The notes below the pieces were generated by a model. It had not been told where the DNA came from, did no database searches, and saw only the letters and a list, made by a program, of their open reading frames with translations. From an uncultured Candidatus Rokubacteria bacterium (GTDB taxonomy: Bacteria > Methylomirabilota > Methylomirabilia > Rokubacteriales > CSP1-6): 64,000 bases of DNA. A program made the translations under genes and the position numbers. The stretch is from assembly GCA_963771355.1 (NCBI GenBank), contig CAVYTA010000001.1, forward strand, positions 1-64,000, read 5' to 3'. The stretch's first letter is position 1. Each line of letters starts with the position of its first letter. Below are positions 1-9,892 of the stretch, piece after piece.

Positions 1-3000
1 CGCGCCGGCGTCGAAGCCCGCGAGGCCGTCCAGCCTGATGTCGCTCGTGTGGACGGCGGGATCCGCCGCGGCGGCGGCGGCGCCCACCACCAGCGACTTG
101 GGCGGCACCAGGTCGCCGTTCAGGAGGATGAAGGCGCGCTGCTGCTCGTCCTTGTCGAGGCCGAGGTAGCTCAGGGGGACGCCGCCCAGGCGGATCTCGA
201 CCCTGGACGTCCCCGCCGTGGACCGAGCCCGGGGCCGGGCTCAGGACGGCGATCTGCTTCGGCGTCGCGGTGTGCTCGCGCTCGATACGGGCCAGCCGGT
301 CGCGCTCCCGCTGCTTGGCCGCCTGCTCCGCCTGCTTGTCTTCGAGGTCGAACTGCTTCCCGAAGGCCGCGGCGAGGTCCGCGGCGACCTGGGAGAGGGC
401 GTCGTCCAGCCCGCCCAGCGTATTGACGGCGTCGCGGAAGAGCCGAAGAACGTCGAGAAGGGGATGTCCACGCGGCCGAGGTCGAAGGAGACCGAGTGGT
501 GCCCGAAGAACTCGTAGCTGAAGGAAAATCCCACGGTGATGCGCGGCTTCGTCGACCCGAAGTGGTCGCGCACCGCGTCCTCGATCCGGCTCAGCACCAG
601 CTCGAGCACCTGCTCGTCCAGTGGCCGGTCGGGGTCGAGGGAGCGCACGTCGTCCACCACGTCGTCGAGCGCGCCCGCGATCTCGCCGATCACGTCCAGC
701 ACCGGATCCACGATGGGGCGATTGACCAGCCCACGGATCGTGTCCTTGAGCAGCGACTTCACCGCGCTCCGGAACTCGCGCGGCAGCGCCTTGTAGAGAG
801 GATTTTGCTTTAGGATGCTCTTCGCGTCGGAATAGAGCTCGTCGACGACCTGCGCCTTCAGCGCGCTCCGCATGGAGCTGTTGGACAGGGTCTCCAGCAG
901 GGCCTCGAAGGAGTCCATCGCCTTGCCGAAGGCCGCCTCCATCTCGTCGATCAGCTGCGCGATCTCGTCGGCCAGCGCGATGAGGGCCTTGCCGAGGCCG
1001 TCGAGCGCCTTGAGGAGGCCCTTCTCCCACTGCTTGATCGTCGCCAGCACGTCCGCGATGAAGTCGGCGATCGCCTCGAGCAGCATGGCGCCGGCATTAG
1101 CAGCAGCGTCTCGGTGAAGGCGCCGAAGCGGTCCCGCGCGATCGCCAGCAGCTCGTCGCGGAGCGCATCCACGTGCTCGCCGCTGGGGATGAAGAACTGA
1201 TCGCCCAGCTCCTCGAGGAGCCCTGGCCGCCTCCCGGCGGGAGCGGCTCCATGATCTCGTAGAGGATGCTGCGGATCCGCGCGCGCGTCGCGTCGGGCAG
1301 CGGCCCGAACACCTCGCCGCCGATCCGGAGCGTGTCGGCGAAGAGCCGGGTCATCTCCGGGCGGCGGGGCTGCCGATGGCGCGAAACACACTCCGCGGCC
1401 CCTCGAGGCGGCCGGCGGCGTGCGCGGTCGCCGTCTGGATGTTGTGCGCGACGAGGTCGAAGAACTGGTCGCCGATGATGACCATGCTGCGACCCACCAG
1501 CATGGTGAGCACGCTCGCGAGCGCCTCCGTGAAGGTGTCCTTGTCGACAGGCGTCTTGTCCCAGTCCAGCACGGTGCGGAACGCCACGTCCTTGGCGAAG
1601 TTGATGGCGGACAGCAGCACCTCGTCGAAGTAGAGGCGGGTCACCTCGTCGGGGGTGGCCGCGTAGACGCGCTGCTTGAGCTCGGCGTTGAGCCGCTCGG
1701 TGATGAAGCCGTCCAGCGCGTTCAGCAGGACTTCGAGCGTGCGCCGGGGGTTGATGTTGCCACTGGTGTCGGGCAGGAACGCCTCGCGGCTGGAGAGCAG
1801 CGTCCCCAGCACCCCGACCGTGTCCCGCCCCATCGGCCCGGCGAAGATCTGGGCGAACCGGTCGACGTCGGGAAAGCCGAGCGCAGCGCCCGGAGCATGG
1901 CCGGCCGGGCGAGGAAGCGCGCCAGCTGAGCGAAGTCCAGGCCCGTGGAGGCCGCCTGCCCCAGCGCGCCTGTTGATGATCTGCTGGACGCCGGACAGCA
2001 TCGCCGCCGGCAGCGGGCCGCCGAAGGACGGTTTGGCCGTGATCTGCCCGACGCCGACCGCGACGACGTAGGCCTGGGCCGCGTTGATGCGCGAGCGGAA
2101 CATCTCCATCAGAAGCTCCGCGGCGGCTCCCAATCGACGCGGCGCCTTGCTTGACGGTATCGCGCACGCCCGCGGGGAGGCCGTCCGCGAGCGCGAGCAT
2201 CTCCTGCTGAAGGCTGCGCCAGTAGGCGCGATTGTCGGTGGTGGGCTGGAACGGATCCGGGGGCACCGCGTAGAGGCGCTGGGCCACCGCCCGGCGCTGC
2301 GGCAGGAGCGCGTCCCAGGCGCCTTGGCCCAGGCTCCCGGCGAGCCCTTGCACCACGCCGCGCGCCGCGTTCAGGCCCGCTTCGACGAATCGCTCCAGCA
2401 GGAAGCGCTGCGACTCCTCGAGGAGGATGCCGACGCTGTGGTTCGCCAGCGTCTGCGCGGCGTCGCTGCCGGGATTGTTCTTCGCGATGAAATCCCCCAG
2501 CTCGTACGCCAGCCGCAGCGCCACCTTGGCCACCGGGCCGAACGCGCCGGCGACGGCCCGGACGGCCGGCGGATCGTCGGCCAGGAGGTCGGTGAGGTCG
2601 CGCACCACGGCGTCGACGCAGAGATCCACCGCGCGGCCGTAGAAGTGGCGGAAGTCCTTGAAGCCGAGCGCCAGCCCGCCGCTGAACCCCATGCCTGCCG
2701 CCAGCCCGAGGCCCGCGTCCACGAGGTACTGGAAGCCGGCGGGCTGGCCCGGGCGATCGATGATGGTGCCCGTGATCTGCAGCGACGCGTACGCCATGGC
2801 CGAGGCGGCCACGTGCACCTCGAACTTGCCGCCGAAGTCGACCTCCTCGAGGAGCAGCAGCACCAGCTCCAGCGGGATCCCGATCGCCTCCGGATCCCGC
2901 TGGATGAGCTCGACGAAGTCGCCCACCACCAGGCCGAGGCCCACCTCGATGCCCGCCGCCGCCTGCGCCTTGGCCTGCGCGCCGACGGCCACGCCGAAGC

Positions 3001-3265
3001 TCTGGAAGAGGTTCAGCGGGAACTGCACCTGCACGCTCGCCTCCGCTTCCGCGAAGGCGTTGCCCCGCACCGTGGCCGCCACGAACTGCGCCAGCCCCGC
3101 GTCGGCCTGCGCCAGCGCCGAGATGCCGATGGTGACGTTGACGCCGCGCTTGAACTCCGCCTGGGCGGTGAAGTCCAGGGCGGTGCGCGCGCTCGCGGAG
3201 GCCCAGTCGTTCTTGGCCGCCGCGCCGGCGCCGAGCAGGGGCTGGTTGAGATTGATCCCAGGCAT
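1..3265 (-). CDS. Large hypothetical protein (>1,080 codons, runs off left edge), split by several frameshifts
   Basis: Coding-like pieces join across frames: ORF 1097..3265 N-terminal part, ORF 1351..2133, ORF 241..1086, then a further frame reading LFRDAVNTLGGLDDALSQ...TPKQIAVLSPAPGSVHGG...AFILLNGDLVPP. Ala/Gly-rich N-terminus, helical middle. Confidence 0.7.
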
Positions 3266-3300
3266 CGCGCCGAGAATCTACCATCGAAGCGAAGGCACGA

Positions 3301-6300
3301 CTACCCCTCGGCGTACTCCACGAGCCGACAGAGCGCGTTGACCAGCTCCATCTCCTCGATCGAGGCGCAGCGCGCCTCCAGGAGGCGGGGCGAGCAGACC
3401 AGCAGGGCCAGGCACTGCGCGCGGGAGATGGCCACGTTCAGCCGGTTACGGGAGAAGAGGAAGGTCAGGTTGCGGGGCACGTCCTGCCCGCTCGACGTGG
3501 CCATGGAGAAGAAGACGATCGGCGCCTCCTGCCCCTGGAACTTGTCGACGGTGCCGACGCGCACGCCGGTCGGGAGGCCGGCGCGGAGGCGGTGGACCTG
3601 GGCATTGTAGGGCGCGACGACCATGAAGTCCGTCGGGCGAAGCGGGCGCGTCGTGCCGTCGTGCTCGGTGAAGGCCCCGCCGAGCATCCGCCCGATCTCG
3701 CTCGCGATCCGGGCGACCTCCTCGTCGGAAGCGTTACGATTGCCCTCGTGGTCGACCGGCAGATACCGGATGCCCGTCCCGAAGGCCGTCGTGCGGCGCG
3801 CGGCGGACTCGTGCGATCGGAGGCGGCCGTCGTAGACGATCTCCGAGATGAAGGCGCAGACATCGGGATGCATCCGGAAGCTGCGCTCGAGGAAGAGCCC
3901 GCGGTCCTCCGGGACCGTGGGCGAGGTCCCGAGGAGATGCTCGAGCACGGACACCCCGGTGCCCTCCGGGTGGACGCCCTGCGAGACCTGGGCGAGCTGG
4001 AGGGGATCGCCCAGGAGGATCACGTTCCGCGCCGAGGTGCCCACGGCGAGCGCGTCCGCGAGCGAGACCTGTCCGGCCTCGTCGACGACGAGGTGATCGA
4101 GCTGCCCATCCAGCTCGGGCCGCGCGAAGAGCCAGGCCGTGCCGGCGAGGAGCTGGATCTTCGGGCCGGCGCGGACAACTTTCGAGACGTCCGGCTCGTT
4201 CGTGATGAACCGCCCGCGGTACTCGGACTCGGGGTTGTCGCCGGACGACTTCTTGAGCCCTCGGAAGACGACCCCCTCGGCCTGCGCGACGCGCTCGACC
4301 TCCTCCAGCAGGTTGTGGATGACCTTGTGGCTCTGGGCGCTGATCCCCACGCGCCGCTTGTTCGCCAGGAGGTGCACGATGAGGCGCGCGCCGGTCCACG
4401 TCTTGCCCGAGCCGGGCGGGCCCTGCACGAACAGGTGGCCGCCGTCGAGCCGAAGGGCCAGCGCCTTCATCGCGTCGAGATCCGGGGTCTGGATCCGCGC
4501 GCCCGGCGGCATCCCCTGGAAGCGTGGGTGCGCTCGGCCCAGGATGGCCTGCAGCGCTCGGTAGCGATCATCGCCGGCCAGGACCGCCCTGGCGACCCTC
4601 AGCACCGCGCCACTCTGCTGCCGATCGTCGTAGGGCCCACCGGGAATCAGGGCGCGGGGCAGTGAAACCGCGGCGAGGCTCGGGCCGCGCTTGAGGCGAA
4701 GCGTCCTCGCGACGTCGTCGATCTCGAGAATCTCGCCCGCTCGCTGACCCGTCGCCGGATCCATGACCGTTCCGCGCCCGAGCTTGTGGTCCTGCGGCGG
4801 GAACCTGAGGGTGTGGATTCGTGACTTGGCCTCCGCCACGGGCGGGCGGCCCGGGTCGGGCTCGAGCTCGCCGATCGACTCGAAGTCCTCGACGAGCTCC
4901 TCCGGGGACATCCCGACGCGCTCGAAGAACCACCACCACGCCGGCCGGGCCTCGCGCCGGTGGTACTCCAGCAGCTCGCCGGCCAGCCAGCGCGCCGACC
5001 CGGGCTCGGCGCCGGCCAGGAGTGCCTCACGGAGCCGGTGCCGCTCTTCCTGCGCCTCGACGGTCTCCTCGGACGGAGTGCTCAGCTCGGGCGGAGCCGG
5101 CCACGCGAGCTCCGCGGGCCGCACGCGGTGCAGCCACTCCAGGAGCGCCCGCGTCGCCCGGCAGTCCTCCTCGTTGTAGGCCGCGATCCTGGCCAGGTGC
5201 TCCCCGTCACTCGTCTCGCGCCACGCCTCGTACTCGACGATCGCGTCCGCGCCGGACCGGACCGCCGCCTTCCGGAAGAATCCGCCGAGGACCTCGAGCT
5301 CCTTGAGGGAATAGCTGGACACGCCCGCCCGCAGGGCCTGGCGGAAGACGGTGAGCAGATCGACGAAGATCCGGCGGCGGAGCAGATCGTCCACTTCGTC
5401 CTCTCGGGTGCCGTGCTCGCTCATGAGCCGCTTGATCGCGCTCGGCTCGTAGGAGCCGAAGTGGTAGACGTGCAGATCCGGATCGGCCGCGAGCCGCGCG
5501 CGGACCAGGTCGATGAAGGCCTCGAGCGCCCGCCGCTCCCCCGCGCGATCGTGGGCCCAGATGGCCTGGTACCGGGACTCGGCTCCGTCGTCCGTCAGGA
5601 CGCCGAACAGGAACTCGAGGCCCCGCGCGGGCTCGAAGAACGGGTGGCCCTCGAAGTCCAGGAAGACATCGCCGGGCGAGCGCGGGGGCAGCGCCGCCAG
5701 CCCGCGCCCGGTCTCGGTGGGCCGCGCGTGCCACTCGATCGTGCCGGAGCGCCGGCTGCGGAGCTGGAGGGCGGCCTGCTCGTGCAGCCCCTGCAAGGTG
5801 GCGGCGGGAATCTTCGGGATCCGGGGCGTGGGCTGCGCGTTGGCGAGCGCGGCCAGCGAGGAGATCCCGGCGCCCAGCAGCCGTTCGATCTGGTCCCGCC
5901 GGATGTTGGCCACGCGGGTCAGGTGATCGTCGCGCTCCCAGCCCTCCTCGCAGACCGCATGGAAATTACAGAGCAGGCAGTGATCGCACGGATACGCCGT
6001 GGTCGTCGGGCGGCCGTCCACGGCGGCCTCCAGCCGGCGCCGGACGCGGCGGAAGTAGGCGGAGACATTCGCGAGCCGGATGGCGACGCGCTCGCTGGTG
6101 CCGAGCATGACGTACGCGAGCTCGGGCGTGAGCCCCTGGATCTCCGCGACCGCCTGACTGTAGAAGCAGAGCTGGAGCGCGTGCTCCGGCCGCGGGTGCC
6201 GGGCCAGCTTCGTGTCCAGCACCTCGTAGCTCCACGCGCCCAGCGCGGAGGGTTTCTCCACGCGCTCCAGGAAGTCCGCGACCCCGCGCCAGCGCTGCGA

Positions 6301-6621
6301 GACGAGCACCGCCTGGTAGATGTAGGCCGCGCCGGCCTCCATCGCGCGCCGGGTGGCCTCGGCTCCCGCGGCGAAGTCCGGCGGCGCGCCCAGCCCGATC
6401 TCGACCACCTCCGAGCCCGCGTCGCGCAGCGCGGCGAGATAGCGCGCCTCGTGCTCCTTGCCCTTGCGCTGGATGAGCTCGGCGAAGGCGTCGCGGGAGA
6501 AGGGCCTCGGCCGCTCCCCGAGCGCGGCGGCGAGGGAGAGCTGGGTCAGGTGATCGCAGGCGACGAACTCCGTCAGGTCGGTGGGGGAGAAGAGGATTGG
6601 ACCGTCGGCGTGGCGAATCAT
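3301..6621 (-). CDS. TM0106-family RecB-like nuclease fused to RNase H-like domain and SF1 (DNA2/UPF1-like) helicase
   Basis: 1106 aa. PD-(D/E)xK-like GVADFL...EVLDTKLA...QLCFY; Cys cluster CDHCLLC...C; FLDFEG...YSLKELE...YNEEDC; helicase motifs QGPPGSGKT, VVDEAGQ, GDPLQL, APYNAQV, TVDKFQGQE, RLNVAISRA. Confidence 0.92.
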   Translation of the reverse strand: MIRHADGPILFSPTDLTEFVACDHLTQLSLAAALGERPRPFSRDAFAELIQRKGKEHEARYLAALRDAGSEVVEIGLGAPPDFAAGAEATRRAMEAGAAYIYQAVLVSQRWRGVADFLERVEKPSALGAWSYEVLDTKLARHPRPEHALQLCFYSQAVAEIQGLTPELAYVMLGTSERVAIRLANVSAYFRRVRRRLEAAVDGRPTTTAYPCDHCLLCNFHAVCEEGWERDDHLTRVANIRRDQIERLLGAGISSLAALANAQPTPRIPKIPAATLQGLHEQAALQLRSRRSGTIEWHARPTETGRGLAALPPRSPGDVFLDFEGHPFFEPARGLEFLFGVLTDDGAESRYQAIWAHDRAGERRALEAFIDLVRARLAADPDLHVYHFGSYEPSAIKRLMSEHGTREDEVDDLLRRRIFVDLLTVFRQALRAGVSSYSLKELEVLGGFFRKAAVRSGADAIVEYEAWRETSDGEHLARIAAYNEEDCRATRALLEWLHRVRPAELAWPAPPELSTPSEETVEAQEERHRLREALLAGAEPGSARWLAGELLEYHRREARPAWWWFFERVGMSPEELVEDFESIGELEPDPGRPPVAEAKSRIHTLRFPPQDHKLGRGTVMDPATGQRAGEILEIDDVARTLRLKRGPSLAAVSLPRALIPGGPYDDRQQSGAVLRVARAVLAGDDRYRALQAILGRAHPRFQGMPPGARIQTPDLDAMKALALRLDGGHLFVQGPPGSGKTWTGARLIVHLLANKRRVGISAQSHKVIHNLLEEVERVAQAEGVVFRGLKKSSGDNPESEYRGRFITNEPDVSKVVRAGPKIQLLAGTAWLFARPELDGQLDHLVVDEAGQVSLADALAVGTSARNVILLGDPLQLAQVSQGVHPEGTGVSVLEHLLGTSPTVPEDRGLFLERSFRMHPDVCAFISEIVYDGRLRSHESAARRTTAFGTGIRYLPVDHEGNRNASDEEVARIASEIGRMLGGAFTEHDGTTRPLRPTDFMVVAPYNAQVHRLRAGLPTGVRVGTVDKFQGQEAPIVFFSMATSSGQDVPRNLTFLFSRNRLNVAISRAQCLALLVCSPRLLEARCASIEEMELVNALCRLVEYAEG

Positions 6622-6696
6622 GGGATCAGATCCCCCGGCTCATGCATCTCCATGATGTCACGGCTTGGAGACGTGCAGATCGGCTAGGATACGACC

Positions 6697-6895
6697 GTGC
6701 GTGCCTGGGTGGCCGTCACCGATAAGGACTGGTACCGGTTCCTCAGCCAGCGGCCGCACCTCGACGAGGTGAACTTCTGGCAGCCGGGCGGCAGCCGCGT
6801 CTTCGGCGCGCTGTCCCCGGGCGAACCGTTCCTTTTCAAGCTGCACCATCCGGACAATGCCATCGTCGGGGGCGGATTCTTCACGCACGCGTCTC
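6697..6895 (+). pseudogene. N-terminal fragment of HNH-type putative restriction endonuclease
   Basis: MRAWVAVTDKDWYRFL...DEVNFWQPGG...PGEPFLFKLH...IVGGGFF resembles the N-terminal domain of a widespread HNH endonuclease family. Similarity stops after ~66 codons and no HNH domain follows. Confidence 0.7.
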
Positions 6896-6976
6896 CTCCA
6901 CTCGAGGATAGCGGTGAGAAGGGGAGCCGCTGCCGGCCGCCCCAGGAGCCACTGCCGCAGCGTAGATACGAAGGAT

Positions 6977-7438
6977 TCAGCCAGTTTGATCTGAAGCGCG
7001 AATCCCCCCAAACTCCGAGACTAGTTCGTCGTCATACTTGTCGGCATAGCCAGCGACACGATCTATCAGCCGAACAAACTCATCTTCGTCTAGGTTGAGT
7101 GCAAGTCGTTCTCCAAGAACATTCACAGTAGCACCCTCGAGCGAGAAGCACGCGCCAAAGAGCGCGGACGCGTTCAGCTCTAGCAACTTCCTATATAGCG
7201 GAAGGAGGTTTTTGTCGGGCAATTCCATCACAGGCGCCAGTACCTGAAAGACAACTGAATCTGGGTTGCCGTCTGCTTTGATGACAGAGACAAACACGTC
7301 CGCAGAGCCTACCGTGAGCCTCCACGTCGCACAGACGTCGTCAGCGTGGGCGGGTTCGGTATCCTGGACCCCGAGTCGCTTCAACGCTGATACGACGTTC
7401 TTTTTAGCGTCATCGAAGTTATTGCTGAAAAACCCCAA
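6977..7438 (-). CDS. YbjN / type III secretion chaperone-like domain protein
   Basis: W.L..GSA.V, APVMELP....LPLYRKLLELN, LD.DEF...I.RVA.YADKYDDEL..EFG. Likely TTG start at 7438 after GGAG. Visibly AT-richer than flanks. Confidence 0.75.
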   Translation of the reverse strand: MGFFSNNFDDAKKNVVSALKRLGVQDTEPAHADDVCATWRLTVGSADVFVSVIKADGNPDSVVFQVLAPVMELPDKNLLPLYRKLLELNASALFGACFSLEGATVNVLGERLALNLDEDEFVRLIDRVAGYADKYDDELVSEFGGIRASDQTG

Positions 7439-7491
7439 ACTAAGTCTCCCCCATTTGCAGGAAGGGCTAACCCGCTGTGAGCTACTTGACC

Positions 7492-7625
7492 TCAGCACTG
7501 GCGATTCGTCACGACGAGGCCGCGTGGGTCAACGATGAAGCCTGAACCGCAACCTGTTGGCAGATAGACCCGACGACAGAAGACTGAACCTGGGCGACAA
7601 TGTCTGCGAAACTCAGGACGCCATC
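7492..7625 (-). pseudogene. Internal fragment of HtrA/trypsin-like (S1C) serine protease
   Basis: Reads SFADIVAQVQSSVV then, in another frame, GCGSGFIVDPRGLVVTNRQC*. This matches the GSGFI...G.(I/V)VTN.HV motif and ends where the catalytic His would be. Confidence 0.65.
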
Positions 7626-7747
7626 TCCACCACGAGGGCGCGGACCTGTAGCAGGTGCGCGGCGGCGGGTGCAGTGGCGGTCCAGCCGGTGAGCACCGTG
7701 AGCGCGAGGGTGGCTCCAGTCATGATACGAGCAATCCCCTTCTGCAT
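7613..7747 (-). pseudogene. 5' fragment of a secreted protein (signal peptide only), divergent from an AraC promoter copy
   Basis: MQKGIARIMTGATLALTVLTGWTATAPAAAHLLQV with an RBS-like GAGG/AGGA upstream. Runs into the HtrA fragment. Confidence 0.5.
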
Positions 7748-7781
7748 TCCTTTGCCTCGTGCGTTTCGTGGAGCTTGGGAT

Positions 7782-7888
7782 CCAGTATCCTAGGGACCGA
7801 GTGGGGCCGTCTCGACATCTAGCGCCATTCTCTTGACACTTGGGTACGCACGGTACCGAGCGCATGTGCACGGCTCCGACGATCTCTC
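7782..7888 (+). repeat. Left arm of 107-bp inverted repeat (AraC promoter plus first codons, MCTAPTIS)
   Basis: Matches the reverse complement of 9469..9575 at 99/107 positions by manual alignment. Confidence 0.9.
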
Positions 7889-7895
7889 CCCCTGA

Positions 7896-8432
7896 CCTAC
7901 CTGAGGCGTCGTGCTGCCGTACATCACGCGTGACGAGGCCCAGCGCCCGTCGCTCTTCGGCCCGAGCCTGGAGGAGGCACTCGGCCCTGGGCTTGTCCTG
8001 ACCAGCGAGGACCTGGATGCCGAGGTGCTCCTGAACCGGTTGCGTCGCCTGATTCCGGCCCAGGGGCGAGCACTGGGGCCGCTGGACGCGGATCAGGTCG
8101 ATGAGATCCGGAGCGTGCTTCATCCGGAAGTCCGCATCGGGTGGGGCGCCACGAGCGATGAGATCGTCCGGGTGATGGACCGCGAGCAGGAACGTCTTGC
8201 GCGGACGTTAGGGGACGGCCACCGGTTGCTCCGGGGGGTTGCGGGAAGCGGGAAGACTATCGTCCTGGTCTGTCGGGTTCGATATCTGCGGGCCCGGCAT
8301 CCAGACTGGCGGGTTCTCGTGCTCTGCTTCAACCGCGTGCTGGCGGATGCCTTCCGGGCCGCCATTGCTGATGACCAAGTCGAGGTGTCGACCTTTCACG
8401 CCTGGTGCACCCGGCAGCTCAAAGCAGCCGGC
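7896..8432 (+). pseudogene. Internal fragment of UvrD-like SF1 helicase (copy 1)
   Basis: VMDREQERLARTLGDGHRLLRGVAGSGKT (Walker A), VLCFNRVLA, VSTFHAW. No N-terminus and no Walker B or later motifs. Confidence 0.75.
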
Positions 8433-8486
8433 GCTGCAGGCGGGCTCCGGGCAGGTCGACCGCGGGGAATGCGGGCTCGGCTCGAA

Positions 8487-9493
8487 TCAGCGCCGACCCC
8501 GGTACTCCGAGGGCGTTGCGCCCGTCCACCGCCGGAACGCGCGGTTGAAGGCGCTGACTTCCGAATAGCCGAGGAGACAGGCGACCTCGGTAAGGGTGTG
8601 CTTGCGGTCTCGCAGATAGCTGAGGGAGAAGCGCCGGCGTGTGTCGTCGACCAGGCGCTTGAAGTCGAGCCCCTCCTCCCGCAGACGTCGCTGCAGCGTG
8701 CGCCGGCTCATCGCCAGCTTCCGGGCGACCCTCAGGAGGTCCGGGGCGCCGTCCCGCAGTGATTCCCCGACCGCCCGTCGCACCGCGGCGAGGAGGCCGT
8801 CTTCGCGCGGCGCCTCCAGCAGCGCGCGTCGAGATATCGCTTCAGGATCGGGTAGAGCCGCTCGTCGGCGGCCGGCACCGGCCGGTCAGCGAACTCCCGC
8901 TCGATGACGAACGCGTTCATGGCGGCGCCGAAGGCGACCGGGGCCGCGAACACCCGGGCGTGCTCGGCCGGATCGCGCGGGGCGGGATGCGCGAACTGGA
9001 CCTCAGCGGGGGCCCACTGGCTTCCCGCCATGAGGCGCAAGACGTTCCGCGCCACCGCCAGGCTGTACTCGTTGTGCTGGCGGAGCGCGGCAATGGAAGG
9101 GTCGGTGACCTCGTGTCGGAAGTACGCCCACGCACCCTCGACAGCGAAGGACGTGCGGGCTCCCTCGTTGTGAACGCTGAGATAGCGGGCAATGTTCTCG
9201 AAGGCCGTCCCGAAGGTGGGCGAGTTCAGCGCCAGGTAGGTCAGGGGGCCCACGTTCTTCGGGTTGTAGCGCTCGCCGAAGTGCAGCCCGAAGCACGCGT
9301 CGCCGGTTGCCTCCGCCGCCGCCTCGAGGAGGCGGGCGAAGGTCGCGAAGGCGATGACCCCGTGCGGGTCGCTGACGTCGCGCCGACGAAGCCCGAGGGA
9401 GCGCAGGACCTGATCGGGGTCGCCACCTTTCGCCGCGATTGCGTCGATCAGGCCAGTCGCCGCGGACAGAGAGATCGTCGGAGCCGTGCGCAT
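8487..9493 (-). CDS. AraC-family transcriptional regulator, copy 1 (1-bp frameshift at ~8829)
   Basis: N-terminal ligand domain plus HTH (MSRRTLQRRL...LGYSEVSAFNRAFRRWTGATPSEYR). One base missing relative to copy 2. Confidence 0.85.
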
Positions 9494-9575
9494 GCGCTCT
9501 GTACCGTGCGTACCCAAGTGTCAAGAGAATGGCGCGAGATGTCAAGACAGCCCCGCTCGGTCCCTGGGATAGTGG
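9469..9575 (-). repeat. Right arm of 107-bp inverted repeat (native AraC promoter/5' end)
   Basis: See 7782..7888. Confidence 0.9.
9519..9547. promoter_or_regulatory. Putative AraC operator: TGTCAAGA direct repeats with 21-bp period (TTGACA on minus strand)
   Basis: TGTCAAGA at 9519 and 9540, also at 11936 and 11957. The 21-bp period is typical of AraC tandem half-sites. Confidence 0.55.
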
Positions 9576-9892
9576 TTCACAGTTTTCACAAACGCAGGAG
9601 GCAAGGAACGCCCCTAGGCGGCTGTCGCCTAGGGAAGACGATGTGAGTCTCGAGACGTGCCTGGTTGGCAGCATGTGGGCCACTGCAGAATTCAAGCTAC
9701 CGCTCGAGTTTGCCGCAGCCCCGAACAACCTGCCAAGAGAAGCTGCTCATGGACCGGTGCGCGTGGGACACGACTGCTTAGGCAGACTACCCGCGCGGGA
9801 ACATCGAAGGCTGATCGAACGGGGCGATGCGCGGCGGAATCAAAGTCGACTGTTCTGCTGCGAATCCACGCGCTCCGGAGATCTTGTGCCGC

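Noticed and set aside
2084..3610. Long alternative-frame and antisense ORFs (also 4960..6687, 22528..24243, 52997..55219 and others)
   Set aside because: Shadow ORFs expected at this GC content. They overlap well-supported genes and lack motifs.
7455..7500. GTTAGCC upstream of the YbjN-like gene as an integron attC core site
   Set aside because: No complementary RYYYAAC at the gene end, no repeated attC-like hairpins and no integrase in the window.
7911..8762. 283-aa ORF (and its copy 10327..11178) as a complete helicase
   Set aside because: Only the first ~175 codons are helicase-like; the rest is antisense read-through of araC.
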